From Candidatus Eiseniibacteriota bacterium (GTDB taxonomy: Bacteria; Eisenbacteria; RBG-16-71-46): a DNA stretch of 64,000 nucleotides. The notes beneath the pieces were generated by a model, which had not been told where the DNA came from, ran no database searches, and saw only the letters and a program-made list of their open reading frames with translations. Below, piece by piece: positions 39,339-49,527 of the stretch (positions are counted from its first letter, which is position 1; every line of letters starts with the position of its first letter). Location of the stretch: the NCBI GenBank assembly GCA_963717505.1, contig OY970342.1:1600001-1664000 (forward strand), in the 5' to 3' direction. The position numbers and the translations under genes were made by a program.

Positions 39339-40073
39339 GTGACTCACGTCCAACCCACCCGCGATCGTGACCGGCACGCGGGAACCTTGTTCCTGGTGGC
39401 CACTCCGATCGGCAATCTCGACGACATCACCCCGCGAGCGCTGCGGGTTCTCGGCGAAGCGGACCTGATCGCCGCCGAGGACACTCGCCATACCCGCCGA
39501 TTGCTCGATCACTTCGGCATCAGCACGAGGCTCGTGAGCTTGTTCGAGCACAACGAGCGCGCACGAACCCGCGAGCTGGTCGATCGCTTGGAGCAGGGCG
39601 AGGACGTCGCGGTGGTCACCGACGCGGGTTCGCCCGGCATCAGCGACCCCGGGTTTCCGGTGGTGCGCGCAGCAGTTGCCGCAGGGCTCAGGGTCGAGAG
39701 CATCCCCGGACCGAGCGCCGTGATCGCCGCACTCCAGGTCAGCGGCCTGCCGACCGACGCATTCACGTTCATCGGTTTCCTGCCACCCAAGTCGGCGGCC
39801 CGGCGCAAGCGGCTGGAGGATCTCGCCGATCGCCGCGAGACGCTGGTGGCGTTCGAGTCTCCGCACCGCATCGACGCGAGTCTCGCGGATCTCGCCGAGG
39901 TGTGGGGCGAGCGGCCGGTGGCGCTGGCGCGCGAGTTGACCAAGTTGCACGAGCAGGTGCTGCGCGGAACGGCGTCCGAGATTCGCGCGGCATTGGCGCC
40001 GGGGCAGCGACGCGGCGAGATCGTGCTGGTGCTCGGCGGCAGCGTGCGACGCCGGTCGGGTCCGCCCACATGA
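39339..40073 (+). CDS. rsmI: 16S rRNA C1402 2'-O-methyltransferase
   Basis: VATPIGNLDD, AEDTR, DAGSPGISDPG, FESPHR, ARELTKLHE. Confidence 0.96.
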   Translation: MTHVQPTRDRDRHAGTLFLVATPIGNLDDITPRALRVLGEADLIAAEDTRHTRRLLDHFGISTRLVSLFEHNERARTRELVDRLEQGEDVAVVTDAGSPGISDPGFPVVRAAVAAGLRVESIPGPSAVIAALQVSGLPTDAFTFIGFLPPKSAARRKRLEDLADRRETLVAFESPHRIDASLADLAEVWGERPVALARELTKLHEQVLRGTASEIRAALAPGQRRGEIVLVLGGSVRRRSGPPT

Positions 40074-40786
40074 GCCCGGGGAGCGCAAAGGTGGCGCAGA
40101 TCGGGACCCTCGGGCACCTGAAGGACGGCGCCAAGCGGCTGGCGCACGCCGCCGTCGACCCGCTGGTCACGCTGTGCGTGCGCGCCGGAATCGGCCCCGA
40201 CGCCCTGACCGTCATCGGGACGTTGATCAGCGCCGGCGCCGGGCTCGCGTTCCTCGACGGCAACTTCCGGTTGGGCTCGCTGCTGCTGTTGTCAGGCGGG
40301 TTGTGCGATTTGCTCGACGGTCAGGTTGCGCGCCGCCAGGGAATCTCGACGCGGTTCGGCGCATTCCTCGACTCGACCCTCGACCGACTCTCCGAATCCC
40401 TGGTGCTGGTCGGGATCAGCGGGTTCTACGTCAACGGACTGCTCGAGCGGGTGTACGACCCGGAACGCGTGATCGCCGAGCTGGGCCGGGGCCAGGAACC
40501 TTTGACCTGGGCGGTGCTCGCGCTCACCGGGATGATGGCGCTCGTCGGATCGTTCATGGTGTCCTACACTCGCGCCCGCGCCGAGGGGTTGGGGCTGGAG
40601 TGCCGGGTGGGCTGGTTCGAGCGGCCCGAGCGTTTGGTGCTCGTCCTGATCGCTGGATTGTTTGGAATCGGGCCGGCGATGCCGGCCGCGTTGCTGATCT
40701 TGACCGTGCTGTCGTTCGCCACCGCTGCTCAGCGCGTGGTGCACGTCTGGAAACATACTCGGGCGGACGGAACGCCCGGAGCCTAG
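40070..40786 (+). CDS. CDP-alcohol phosphatidyltransferase (PIP-synthase-like)
   Basis: DLLDGQVAR...[10 protein letters not shown] signature; SYTRARAE; ERPER. Confidence 0.9.
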   Translation: MSPGSAKVAQIGTLGHLKDGAKRLAHAAVDPLVTLCVRAGIGPDALTVIGTLISAGAGLAFLDGNFRLGSLLLLSGGLCDLLDGQVARRQGISTRFGAFLDSTLDRLSESLVLVGISGFYVNGLLERVYDPERVIAELGRGQEPLTWAVLALTGMMALVGSFMVSYTRARAEGLGLECRVGWFERPERLVLVLIAGLFGIGPAMPAALLILTVLSFATAAQRVVHVWKHTRADGTPGA

Positions 40787-40799
40787 GAGGACGCGTTTC

Positions 40800-42071
40800 A
40801 TGGGCAAGGTCCGCGTGGCCATCATCGGCGTCGGCAACTGCGCCTCGTCCCTGGTTCAGGGGCTTCACTACTATCGGAACGCGCGCGAGAGCGACCGCGT
40901 CCCGGGACTGATGCACGTGAACCTGGGCGGGTACCACATTCGCGACGTCGAGATCTCGGCGGCGATCGACATCGACCGCAACAAGGTCGGCCGCGACGTC
41001 GCCGACGCGATCGTCGCGTGGCCGAACAACACCTACGTGTTCGCCAAGGTGCCGCGCACCGGCATCGTGGTCCAGCGCGGCATGACCCACGACGGCCTCG
41101 GCAAGTACCTGTCGAAGATCATCCAGAAGGCGCCGGGCTCGACCGTGGACATCGTCAAGCTGCTGCGCGACACCGGCACCGACGTGGTCGTGAACTACCT
41201 GCCGGTCGGCTCCGAAGAGGCGACCAAGTGGTACGTCGAGCAGGTGCTCGAGGCCGGCTGCGCGTTCGTCAATTGCATCCCGGTATTCATCGCCCGCGAG
41301 AAGTACTGGCAACAGCGCTTCGAAAAGAAGGGCCTGCCGGTGATCGGCGACGACATCAAGTCCCAGGTCGGCGCGACCATCACCCATCGCGTGCTCGCCA
41401 ATCTGTTCGTCGACCGTGGCGTGCGGATCGATCGCACCTACCAGCTCAACTTCGGCGGCAATACCGACTTCCTCAACATGCTCGAGCGAGAGCGGCTCGA
41501 GTCCAAGAAGATCTCCAAGACCTCGGCGGTGACCAGCAGCATTCCCTATACGTTGGCCGAGGAGGATGTCCACGTCGGCCCGAGCGACTACGTGCCTTGG
41601 CTCAAGGATCGCAAGTGGTGCCACATTCGAATGGAAGGGACGACGTTCGGCGACGTGCCGCTCAACCTCGAGCTCAAGCTCGAAGTCTGGGACTCGCCCA
41701 ACTCGGCGGGCATCGTCATCGACGCCGTGCGCTGCGCGAAGCTGGGGCTCGACCACAAACTCAAGGGCGCCCTGATCGCGCCCTCCTCGTACTTCAAGAA
41801 GTCGCCGCCGATACAGATTCCCGACGATCGGGCGCGCGAGCTGGTCGAGGAGTTCATTCGCGATCCCAAGGCGCTGGAGAAGCGCCTGCGCGACAAGGGG
41901 GCTCCCATCCTACAAAGGGACGCGGCGCCACAAACCTCGGGCCGCAAAGGAGCGCGGGCCAAGGCGGCGACACGCGCGCCGTCCGCCAACGGCGGCGGCA
42001 ACGGCGCCTACGCGGGCGCGGCGCCGTCGCGTCGCACGTCCAAGCGCAAGCGCACCGCTCGGGCGCGCTGA
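40800..42071 (+). CDS. ino1: Inositol-3-phosphate synthase
   Basis: [42 protein letters not shown]. Confidence 0.95.
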   Translation: MGKVRVAIIGVGNCASSLVQGLHYYRNARESDRVPGLMHVNLGGYHIRDVEISAAIDIDRNKVGRDVADAIVAWPNNTYVFAKVPRTGIVVQRGMTHDGLGKYLSKIIQKAPGSTVDIVKLLRDTGTDVVVNYLPVGSEEATKWYVEQVLEAGCAFVNCIPVFIAREKYWQQRFEKKGLPVIGDDIKSQVGATITHRVLANLFVDRGVRIDRTYQLNFGGNTDFLNMLERERLESKKISKTSAVTSSIPYTLAEEDVHVGPSDYVPWLKDRKWCHIRMEGTTFGDVPLNLELKLEVWDSPNSAGIVIDAVRCAKLGLDHKLKGALIAPSSYFKKSPPIQIPDDRARELVEEFIRDPKALEKRLRDKGAPILQRDAAPQTSGRKGARAKAATRAPSANGGGNGAYAGAAPSRRTSKRKRTARAR

Positions 42072-42095
42072 CGCCACCCCGAGTTCCGTGACGTC

Positions 42096-42740
42096 ATGAC
42101 CCGCGGCGGCTTCGTCACCTTCGAAGGCGGGGACGGGTCGGGCAAGTCCACTCAATTGCGACGACTCGCCGCCCGGCTGCGGGCCGAGGGCCGCGACGTG
42201 GTCGAGACCCGCGAGCCCGGGGGCACGCCGCTCGCCGAGCGCATTCGCGCACTGCTGCTCGAGAGCCGCGCCGACTTCGAGGGGCCCGGACCGTGGTCCG
42301 AGGCGTTCCTCATGGAGGCGGCGCGCGCCGACCTGGTCGAGCGCGTGATCCGGCCGGCGCTGGCCGAAGGGCGAATCGTGCTCTGCGATCGATACGGGGA
42401 CTCGACCCTGGCGTATCAGGGGGGCGGACGCGGCCTCGACGCGTCACAGCTCGAAGCCATGAATCGTGCGGCCACCGGCGGGCTCGAACCCGATGTCACG
42501 TTGTGGTTCGACCTCGATCCGGCGGCCGGGCTCGCGCGGCGCGCCGCGGCGGAGGGCGGGGACAATCGCATCGACCGCGAGCCGCTGAGCTTTCATGTTC
42601 GGGTGCGCGAGTGCTACCGCAAGCTGGCGGCAGCGGCACCACGCCGTTTCGTCCTCCTGGATGCCACGCTCGATCCCGACTCGCTCGCCGAGCGCGTCTG
42701 GGACGCCGTCGCGCACCGTCTGGCCGCCGCCCGCTCCTGA
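42096..42740 (+). CDS. tmk: Thymidylate kinase
   Basis: FEGGDGSGKST, TREPGG, CDRY..S.LAYQG. Confidence 0.95.
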   Translation: MTRGGFVTFEGGDGSGKSTQLRRLAARLRAEGRDVVETREPGGTPLAERIRALLLESRADFEGPGPWSEAFLMEAARADLVERVIRPALAEGRIVLCDRYGDSTLAYQGGGRGLDASQLEAMNRAATGGLEPDVTLWFDLDPAAGLARRAAAEGGDNRIDREPLSFHVRVRECYRKLAAAAPRRFVLLDATLDPDSLAERVWDAVAHRLAAARS

Positions 42741-42746
42741 GCCCCA

Positions 42747-42755
42747 TGCTATAGT
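42747..42755 (+). promoter_or_regulatory. Extended -10 promoter box
   Basis: TGCTATAGT upstream of the S41 peptidase. Confidence 0.5.
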
Positions 42756-42824
42756 CCCAGGGCTCCTGCCAGGCCGTGGGTCGGGCCCGGCGCTCCCCGG
42801 AAATCGTTACGGAAGGACTCACCC

Positions 42825-44414
42825 TTGAAGCGCAGTCACGTCCTCATCGCTGTCTTCATGATCGGCTTGTTCCTGCTCGGCTGGCGCGTCGGGCGTGGTT
42901 CGAGTCGGGATCTGTACGCCAATCTCGACGTCTTCGTCGAAGTGCTCAAGCGCGTCCAGGACCACTACGTCGATCCGGTCGAACCGGCGGCGATGATCGA
43001 AGGCGCGGTCGAGGGCATGCTCAAGGATCTCGATCCCTACTCGCAGTTCCTGAACGACCAGAATTTCGGCCAGCTCCAGGATCAGACGCGCGGCTCGTTC
43101 AGCGGCATCGGGATCGTGGTCGGCATTCGCGACGGCTATCCCACGGTGATCTCGCCGATCGAAGGCAGCCCGGCGTGGGACGCCGGCCTGCACTCGGGCG
43201 ACATCATCGTCGCGATCAACGGTGCCTCCAGCGCCGGCATCACGGTCGAGGACGCCGCCAAGCAGCTACGGGGCCAGGATGGCACGTCGGTCCAGGTGAC
43301 CGTGCGCCGCGAGGGCAACGACGGACAACAGGACTACTCGCTGACCCGCCGCGAGATCGTGACCAAGAGCGTTCCCTATGCGTTCGTGGTCGGCAAGGAT
43401 CTCGGATATGTCCGACTCGCCGCGTTCTCCGAAACCTCGGGCGAAGAAGTTCGCGCCGCGCTCGATGATCTGCGCCGGCAGGGTGCGCGCCGCTTCGTCC
43501 TCGACATGCGACTGAACCCGGGCGGGCTGCTGTCCGAGGCGGTCGGCGTGGCGGAGCAGTTCGTGCCCAAGGGCAATCTGGTGGTCTCGACCCGTGGCCG
43601 CGCCAAGAACCAGAATCAGCGCTACTACGCCTCGGCGAGTCACGCCGACGTGCGCTCGCCACTGGTGGTGCTGGTCGACGACGGCAGCGCTTCGGCGGCC
43701 GAGATCGTCGCCGGCGCGTTGCAGGATCTGGATCGGGCGCTGGTGGTCGGACGCACCACGTTCGGCAAGGGTTCGGTGCAGAGCGTGTTCCCATTGCGCG
43801 GCACGCAGTCGGCGCTCAAGCTGACCACGGCGCTCTACTACACGCCTGCCGGACGCTCGATCCACCGGGCGGTGCATCTGGAAGACGCCGAACTCGCGGA
43901 CTCGGACGGCGGCGAGGGCCGGGAGCCGGAAGCCTCCGCCGACACCGCGGTCGCGCGCCCGGTGCACCACACCGCGGCCGGCCGCGTCGTCTATGGCGGC
44001 GGCGGGATCACGCCCGACGTCGTGGTGCTCTCCGACACGCTTCCGCCGCTGGCCCAGCGTATTGAACAACGCGGTCTCGCGTTCCGCTTCGCCAACCGCT
44101 GGGTCAACACGCACCCGGGCGCCAAGGTGCCGGCCGAAGTCACTGGCGCTCTGTGGACGGAATACGTGGCGTTCGTCCGGAGCCAGGAGGTTGTGGCACC
44201 CGACTCGGCGCTGGCCGCCGAGCGTACGATTCTCGCCCGCGCCGTGCGCCGCGAAATCGCCCGCCGCACCTCCGGCAACGGGGAGGGGATGCGCATCGCA
44301 CTCGAAGGCGATCCGGTGTTCCAGCGGGCGGCCGCGATCCTCGGACGCGCCGGACGGGCGAGCGACGTCTTCGCCTCGGCGACGCCGGACCCCGCGCTGG
44401 AAACGGTGCGGTGA
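42825..44414 (+). CDS. S41 C-terminal processing peptidase (CtpA-like)
   Basis: LDPYS, PDZ GIG, LDMRLNPGG, SASAAEIVAG, FGKGSVQ. Confidence 0.94.
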   Translation: MKRSHVLIAVFMIGLFLLGWRVGRGSSRDLYANLDVFVEVLKRVQDHYVDPVEPAAMIEGAVEGMLKDLDPYSQFLNDQNFGQLQDQTRGSFSGIGIVVGIRDGYPTVISPIEGSPAWDAGLHSGDIIVAINGASSAGITVEDAAKQLRGQDGTSVQVTVRREGNDGQQDYSLTRREIVTKSVPYAFVVGKDLGYVRLAAFSETSGEEVRAALDDLRRQGARRFVLDMRLNPGGLLSEAVGVAEQFVPKGNLVVSTRGRAKNQNQRYYASASHADVRSPLVVLVDDGSASAAEIVAGALQDLDRALVVGRTTFGKGSVQSVFPLRGTQSALKLTTALYYTPAGRSIHRAVHLEDAELADSDGGEGREPEASADTAVARPVHHTAAGRVVYGGGGITPDVVVLSDTLPPLAQRIEQRGLAFRFANRWVNTHPGAKVPAEVTGALWTEYVAFVRSQEVVAPDSALAAERTILARAVRREIARRTSGNGEGMRIALEGDPVFQRAAAILGRAGRASDVFASATPDPALETVR

Positions 44415-45109
44415 CCCGACCGCGCGTCTGGCTCTGCGACTTCGACGGCACCGTGGCCCCGGAGGACGTCGGCGCTTCGTTCATGCGCGAGTTCTCGCCC
44501 GGCCACGACGCCGAGCGCCGGGTACTGCTCGAGTCCTGGCGAAGCGAGCGCATCGGCAGCCGTGAACTGGCTGCGGCCGAATGCGAATTCGTGCGCGCGA
44601 CCGAGACGGCGGCCTCGGCGTACGCGCTGCGATTCGCGATCGATCCGGACTTCCCCGGGTTCGCGCGCGACGTCGAATCGCGCGGGGACTCGGTTCTGAT
44701 CGTCAGCGACGGGTTCGATTTCTACATTCGCCCGCTGCTCGCCGCCGCCGGGCTCGGCCATCTTCGGGTCGCCGCGAATCGCATGCTCTTTGCCGGCGAA
44801 CGGCTGACCCCCGAGTTCCCGCACGACGGCGGATGCGGGCGCTGCGGCAACTGCAAGGGCCAGTACGTCGCCGCCTATCGAGCCCGGGGTTTCGAAACCG
44901 TTCTGGTCGGCGACGGCTATTCCGACCGCTGCGCGGCGCGCACCGCCCAGGTGGTCCTCGCGCGCGGCTCGTTGGCCGCCTGGTGCGCGGCCGAGGGCAT
45001 TCGGGCGCACACCTTCGAGTCGTTCGCCGACGTATCCCGGATCGCTCGCCGGCTCGCCAGGGACGCCGGTGACGGCGAAGGTCGGGATCGAGTGGGAGCG
45101 GTGGCGTGA
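44411..45109 (+). CDS. HAD-IB phosphatase (MtnX-like)
   Basis: CDFDGTV, VSDG, CGNCK, VGDGYSD. Confidence 0.85.
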   Translation: MTRPRVWLCDFDGTVAPEDVGASFMREFSPGHDAERRVLLESWRSERIGSRELAAAECEFVRATETAASAYALRFAIDPDFPGFARDVESRGDSVLIVSDGFDFYIRPLLAAAGLGHLRVAANRMLFAGERLTPEFPHDGGCGRCGNCKGQYVAAYRARGFETVLVGDGYSDRCAARTAQVVLARGSLAAWCAAEGIRAHTFESFADVSRIARRLARDAGDGEGRDRVGAVA

Positions 45110-46149
45110 AGATCGGGCCCGTCGAGATCGATCATCCGTTCCTGCTGGCTCCGCTCGCCGGAGTCAGCGATTCGCCGTTCCGGCGCCTGGCGCGCGAACA
45201 GGGCGCGGCCGCGGTCTACACCGAAATGGTTTCCGCCGATGGCTTGGTGCGCGGCAACCAGGCGACCCTCGACTACTGCGCGTTCGATCCCAGCGAGCGC
45301 CCGATCGGGGTCCAGATCTTCGGCTCCGACCCCGGAGTCATGGCCGAGGCCACGCAGGTCCTGTGCGCGTTGCCGGAGGCACGGCGGCCCGACCTGATCG
45401 ACATCAACATGGGATGCCCGGTGCGCAAGGTGGTCAACCGGTGCGCCGGTGCGGCGCTGCTCCAGGATGTCCCGTTGATCGAGAACATCGTGTCGCGCAT
45501 GGTCGCCGCGAGCACGGCGCCGGTCACCGCCAAGATCCGTCTGGGCTGGGACGGCAACTCGCGCAACGTGGTCGAAGTCGCCCGGGTACTCGAAGGCGCG
45601 GGTGCTGCGGCGGTCGCGATCCATGCGCGGACGCGCGCCGAGAAATTCGAGGGCGATGCGCACTGGGAGATGATCGGCGAGGCGCGCCGCGCGGTCGGGA
45701 TTCCGGTGATCGGCAACGGCGACGTCAAGAGCCCGGCGGATGCGCTGCGTATGCTCGAAACCACCGGTTGCGATGCGGTCATGCTGGGTCGGGCCGCGTT
45801 CGGGGATCCATGGGTGTTTCGGCGCGTGCTCGCCGGCTGGACGGAGGGCGCGGAATTGCCCCTTCCGACTCCGGCCGAGCGCCTCGAGTCCGGAATCCGC
45901 CATCTGGCGATGATGGTCGAGAGCGTCGGACCGGAATGCGCGGCACGCGAGATGCGCAAGCACGTCGCGTGGTACGTGCGCGGCTTGCCGAACAGCGCCC
46001 GCGTGCGCGAGCAGGTCAACCGCACGCGCTCGGTCGACGAAATGGCCGACCTGCTGCGCGGATACCTGCTCGAACTCGAGGGCGCGGGCAGCCCCGACGC
46101 GTGCATCGCGGAGGATCGGACGTGGGAGGGCGCAGGTGCGACCGGATGA
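45106..46149 (+). CDS. dusB: tRNA dihydrouridine synthase B
   Basis: LAPLAG, DINMGCP, KIRLGW, HAR, IGNGD, MLGR. Confidence 0.93.
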   Translation: MKIGPVEIDHPFLLAPLAGVSDSPFRRLAREQGAAAVYTEMVSADGLVRGNQATLDYCAFDPSERPIGVQIFGSDPGVMAEATQVLCALPEARRPDLIDINMGCPVRKVVNRCAGAALLQDVPLIENIVSRMVAASTAPVTAKIRLGWDGNSRNVVEVARVLEGAGAAAVAIHARTRAEKFEGDAHWEMIGEARRAVGIPVIGNGDVKSPADALRMLETTGCDAVMLGRAAFGDPWVFRRVLAGWTEGAELPLPTPAERLESGIRHLAMMVESVGPECAAREMRKHVAWYVRGLPNSARVREQVNRTRSVDEMADLLRGYLLELEGAGSPDACIAEDRTWEGAGATG

Positions 46150-46909
46150 ACTGCGTGCGCTGCTGCGCCGGGTACGCGGGGGGCGAGTGTCGACCGCCGA
46201 GGCCGAGCGCGCGATCCGTGCCGAGCCGCTCGAGCGGCTCGGGTTCGCGACCCTCGATCACCAGCGGGGCCTGAGAGCCGGCTTCCCTGAAGTCGTCTAC
46301 GCCGAGGGCAAGACGCCCGAGGATCTCACTGCGATCGTCGATCGGCTCCACCGGCGAAACGGAGTCGTGCTCGCCACACGCGTCGACGACCGCCAGCGCC
46401 AAGTGCTGGCGAAGATCTGGCCCCGTGCGGTCTACCACCCGCGGGCGCGCGCCTTCGTGTTGGGTGCCCGGGCAGTGCGCGGCCGTGGCCGGGTTCTGGT
46501 GGTGTGCGCCGGCACCGCCGACCTTCCGGTGGCCGAGGAAGCACTGGTGACTGCGCGCGTGCTGGGCAGTCGCGTCGAGCTGATCGCCGACGTCGGCGTC
46601 GCCGGGCTCCATCGCCTGATGGCGCATCGGCGCCGGTTGCGCGGCGCCCGAGTGTTGGTCGTGGTTGCCGGCCTCGAGGGAGCGCTGCCGAGCGTGGTCG
46701 GCGGCCTGGTCGACCGGCCGGTGATCGCCGTGCCGACCAGCGTCGGCTACGGCACGCACTTCGGCGGTTTGGCGCCATTGCTCGCCATGCTCAATTCCTG
46801 CGCGGCAGGGGTTACCGTGGTCAACGTCAACAACGGATTCGGCGCCGGCTACGCAGCCCACCTCATCAACATCGGAGCCCCGGCGCGGGCCACTCGGAGG
46901 CCATCGTGA
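46136..46909 (+). CDS. larB: Nickel-pincer cofactor biosynthesis protein LarB
   Basis: PEVVYAEGK, AGTAD..VAEE, DVGVAGLHR, PTSVGYG, MLNSC, VNVNNGFGA. Confidence 0.93.
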   Translation: MRPDELRALLRRVRGGRVSTAEAERAIRAEPLERLGFATLDHQRGLRAGFPEVVYAEGKTPEDLTAIVDRLHRRNGVVLATRVDDRQRQVLAKIWPRAVYHPRARAFVLGARAVRGRGRVLVVCAGTADLPVAEEALVTARVLGSRVELIADVGVAGLHRLMAHRRRLRGARVLVVVAGLEGALPSVVGGLVDRPVIAVPTSVGYGTHFGGLAPLLAMLNSCAAGVTVVNVNNGFGAGYAAHLINIGAPARATRRPS

Positions 46910-48093
46910 AGCTCGCCTACTTCGATTGCTTCTCCGGCGTGAGCGGCGACATGTGCCTGGGGGCGCTGGTGGCGGCCGGGTATCCGGCCGAACGCCTCGC
47001 CGATCTGCCGCGCCGGCTCGGCCTCGAAGGGGTGCGCATCGAGATCGGCGTCGCGCGGCGTGGACCGTTTTCCGCGACTCGAGTCCAGGTCGAGGTCGCG
47101 GGTCGTCCGGCTCACCGCCACCTCAAGCATTTGCTCGCGATCATCGAGCAGGGTGACATCGCCCCGAGCGTTCGCGATCGATCGCTCGACGTGTTTCGCC
47201 GCCTCGCCGCTGCCGAAGCCGAAGTCCACGGCCAGACCATCGAAAAGGTGCACTTTCACGAAGTCGGCGGCGCCGATGCGCTGGTCGACATCGTCGGCAC
47301 GGTCGAGGCGCTCCACGAGCTGGGCGTCGAGCGCACCTACTGCTCGACCCTGAGGCTCGGCCGCGGTTCGGTGCCCTCGGAGCATGGCGTGATTCCGGTG
47401 CCGGCGCCGGCGACGACGTTGCTCTTGCGCGGGGCGCCGATCGAGATCCCGGCGATCGACGCGGAGCTGGTCACCCCGACCGGTGCGGCGCTGATGGCGT
47501 CCCTGGTTGCCGACTGGGGGTCGCCGCCGCCGTTTCGCCTCGAGGCCGCTGGGACTGGGGCGGGCGGCCGCGACCTCGAGGAGCAGGCGAACGTGCTTCG
47601 AGTCCTGATCGGTGAGGTCCGGACCGGTTCGCTCGGGCACCGCCGGGTTTCGGTTCTCGAGACGGCACTCGACGACGAAAGCCCGCAGATCCTGGCCGAC
47701 CTCGCCCCCCGGCTGCTCGCGGCCGGTGCCCTGGACGTCATGAGCGTCCCGGTACTCATGAAGAAAGGGCGACAGGGGACCTGGCTCGTCGTGCTCGCCG
47801 ATCCCGAGCGATCGCAGGCGCTGGCGACGATGTTGTTGAGCGAGACATCGACCTTGGGGGTTCGGGTTCGAGAGGATGAGCGGATCGAACTCGAGCGCCG
47901 CTCGGCCACCGTAGAGACCGAGTACGGGCCGATCGCTATGAAGGTGGCGATGCTGCCCGACGGCGGCACACGGGCAATCCCCGAGTTCGAGTCGGTGCGC
48001 GCCGCTTCGGAGCGGGCCTCGGTCCCGAGCCGAGAAATACGGGACGCCGCGCTCGCCGCCTGGAGGTCGAAGCGTGGAGCAGGAACGCCTTAG
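46906..48093 (+). CDS. larC: Nickel-pincer cofactor nickel insertase LarC
   Basis: FDCFSGVSGDM, HFHEVG..D...D, PVPAPAT, ELVTPTG, MKKGR, ETSTLG, PEFE. Confidence 0.93.
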   Translation: MKLAYFDCFSGVSGDMCLGALVAAGYPAERLADLPRRLGLEGVRIEIGVARRGPFSATRVQVEVAGRPAHRHLKHLLAIIEQGDIAPSVRDRSLDVFRRLAAAEAEVHGQTIEKVHFHEVGGADALVDIVGTVEALHELGVERTYCSTLRLGRGSVPSEHGVIPVPAPATTLLLRGAPIEIPAIDAELVTPTGAALMASLVADWGSPPPFRLEAAGTGAGGRDLEEQANVLRVLIGEVRTGSLGHRRVSVLETALDDESPQILADLAPRLLAAGALDVMSVPVLMKKGRQGTWLVVLADPERSQALATMLLSETSTLGVRVREDERIELERRSATVETEYGPIAMKVAMLPDGGTRAIPEFESVRAASERASVPSREIRDAALAAWRSKRGAGTP

Positions 48094-49441
48094 CCCTCGG
48101 CTGGTGGCGTCCGACATCTCGGTCGGTCCCCCCGGAGGGGAGCCCATCCTTCGCGGGGTAAACCTCGAGGTCGATGCCGGCGAGTGGCTGGGGATCACGG
48201 GCGCCAACGGCTCCGGGAAGACGACTCTGGCCCTGGCACTGGCGGGCCTGGCGCGGGTGCGGCAAGGCCGAGTGTGCGTCGCGGGCGAGCCCCTGCTCAC
48301 CGGCTCGGCTTCGAGGACGCGCGTCGCCGCGATCCTTCAGGAGCCCGGGTCCCAGCTTCTTTGCGATCGTGTGCTCGACGAAATCGCGCTCACTGCCATC
48401 AATCTCGGGATCGATCGTGGGGCTGCTCTGAAGGCCGCCCGCGAAATCGCAGAACGACTCGCGATTCGAGAGTTGGAACAGAACCCAGCGGCGCTATCGG
48501 CGGGTCGCCAGCAGGTCGTATTGCTGGCCGCCGCGCTGGCGGCTCGGCCGGCAGTTCTGATCGCGGACGAGGCCCTGGCACACGTGGACGCCCCCACCCG
48601 CTACCGGGTGCAGTCGGTTCTCAAGGAAGAGACCTCGAGGGGGCTGGCGGTGATCTGGGTCACTCAAAGTGCCGCCGAGCTGGCCAACGCCGACCGCGCC
48701 ATCGAAGTGACTCGGCATGGGATCATCGCCTGGCGGCAGGCTCAGGCATCCGACTCGCTCGAGCCGCGCACCGCATCGGCTTCGGTCCAGAGCGAGATCG
48801 GGCGTATTCGCGTCAAGTCCAACTCGAATCATGACAATCGGATACGGGTCGAGCACTCGATCGAGATCCCGATCCCGACAACCGGTCTGGTGGTGGTAAC
48901 CGGCGCCAACGGCGTCGGCAAGACCACACTGCTCGAGGCGATCGCGGGAGGGTTCGATCGACCTGAGGTCGAAGTCGAATGGCTTGGAAGGTCGGGCAGT
49001 AATTCCTTTTCCGGCTCCAAGTTCGGCCCGCTTCTGGTCGGGGAGAGACCGGAGACTCAGATCGTCCACGAGCAGGTCGCGGACGAAGTGGTTTACGCGG
49101 CCACAGCCAGAGGCAGGTCGCGTTCGGAGTCTCTGGCCCACGCCCGGGAACTCCTGAGAGCGCTTCCCTTTGGGACCGATCTGCTCGAGCGCCGGACGTG
49201 GTCCCTTTCCGTGGGAGAGAAAAGGGTCGTGTTGAACATCGGCGGGTTGATCGCACCCACAACTTTGCTTGCCATCGATGAACCAACCGCGGGCCTCGAC
49301 GCCGGTGGAAGTGAAGCCATGGCGAATCTGGTTCAGCAACGCGCAACGTCAGGGCCGGTTTTCGTTGCCACTCAGGACGTGGATCGGTTCAGAGGTCTGG
49401 CGGGTCATTATGTCGACCTGGGGGTCGCTTCAAGCCGCTGA
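48074..49441 (+). CDS. Tandem ECF-type ABC ATPase (divergent)
   Basis: Two Walker A motifs (GANGSGKT, GANGVGKT); QEP..Q; LSAG and LSVG signatures; DE and DEPT. Confidence 0.7.
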   Translation: MEQERLSPRLVASDISVGPPGGEPILRGVNLEVDAGEWLGITGANGSGKTTLALALAGLARVRQGRVCVAGEPLLTGSASRTRVAAILQEPGSQLLCDRVLDEIALTAINLGIDRGAALKAAREIAERLAIRELEQNPAALSAGRQQVVLLAAALAARPAVLIADEALAHVDAPTRYRVQSVLKEETSRGLAVIWVTQSAAELANADRAIEVTRHGIIAWRQAQASDSLEPRTASASVQSEIGRIRVKSNSNHDNRIRVEHSIEIPIPTTGLVVVTGANGVGKTTLLEAIAGGFDRPEVEVEWLGRSGSNSFSGSKFGPLLVGERPETQIVHEQVADEVVYAATARGRSRSESLAHARELLRALPFGTDLLERRTWSLSVGEKRVVLNIGGLIAPTTLLAIDEPTAGLDAGGSEAMANLVQQRATSGPVFVATQDVDRFRGLAGHYVDLGVASSR

Positions 49442-49497
49442 AATGGGGCGCATCACCCGGGGGAGGGGAATTCGGCAAGTTGCGGTCGAAAAACGGA

Positions 49498-49527
49498 TTG
49501 ACAGACCCATGTCAGACGGCCTAGCCT
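49498..49527 (+). promoter_or_regulatory. Near-consensus sigma70-type promoter of the giant secreted protein
   Basis: TTGACA-N18-TAGCCT; same boxes and spacing as the HU promoter. Confidence 0.6.

Noticed and set aside
46906-48093. Programmed frameshift in larC
   Set aside because: LarC reads as one continuous frame containing both halves.
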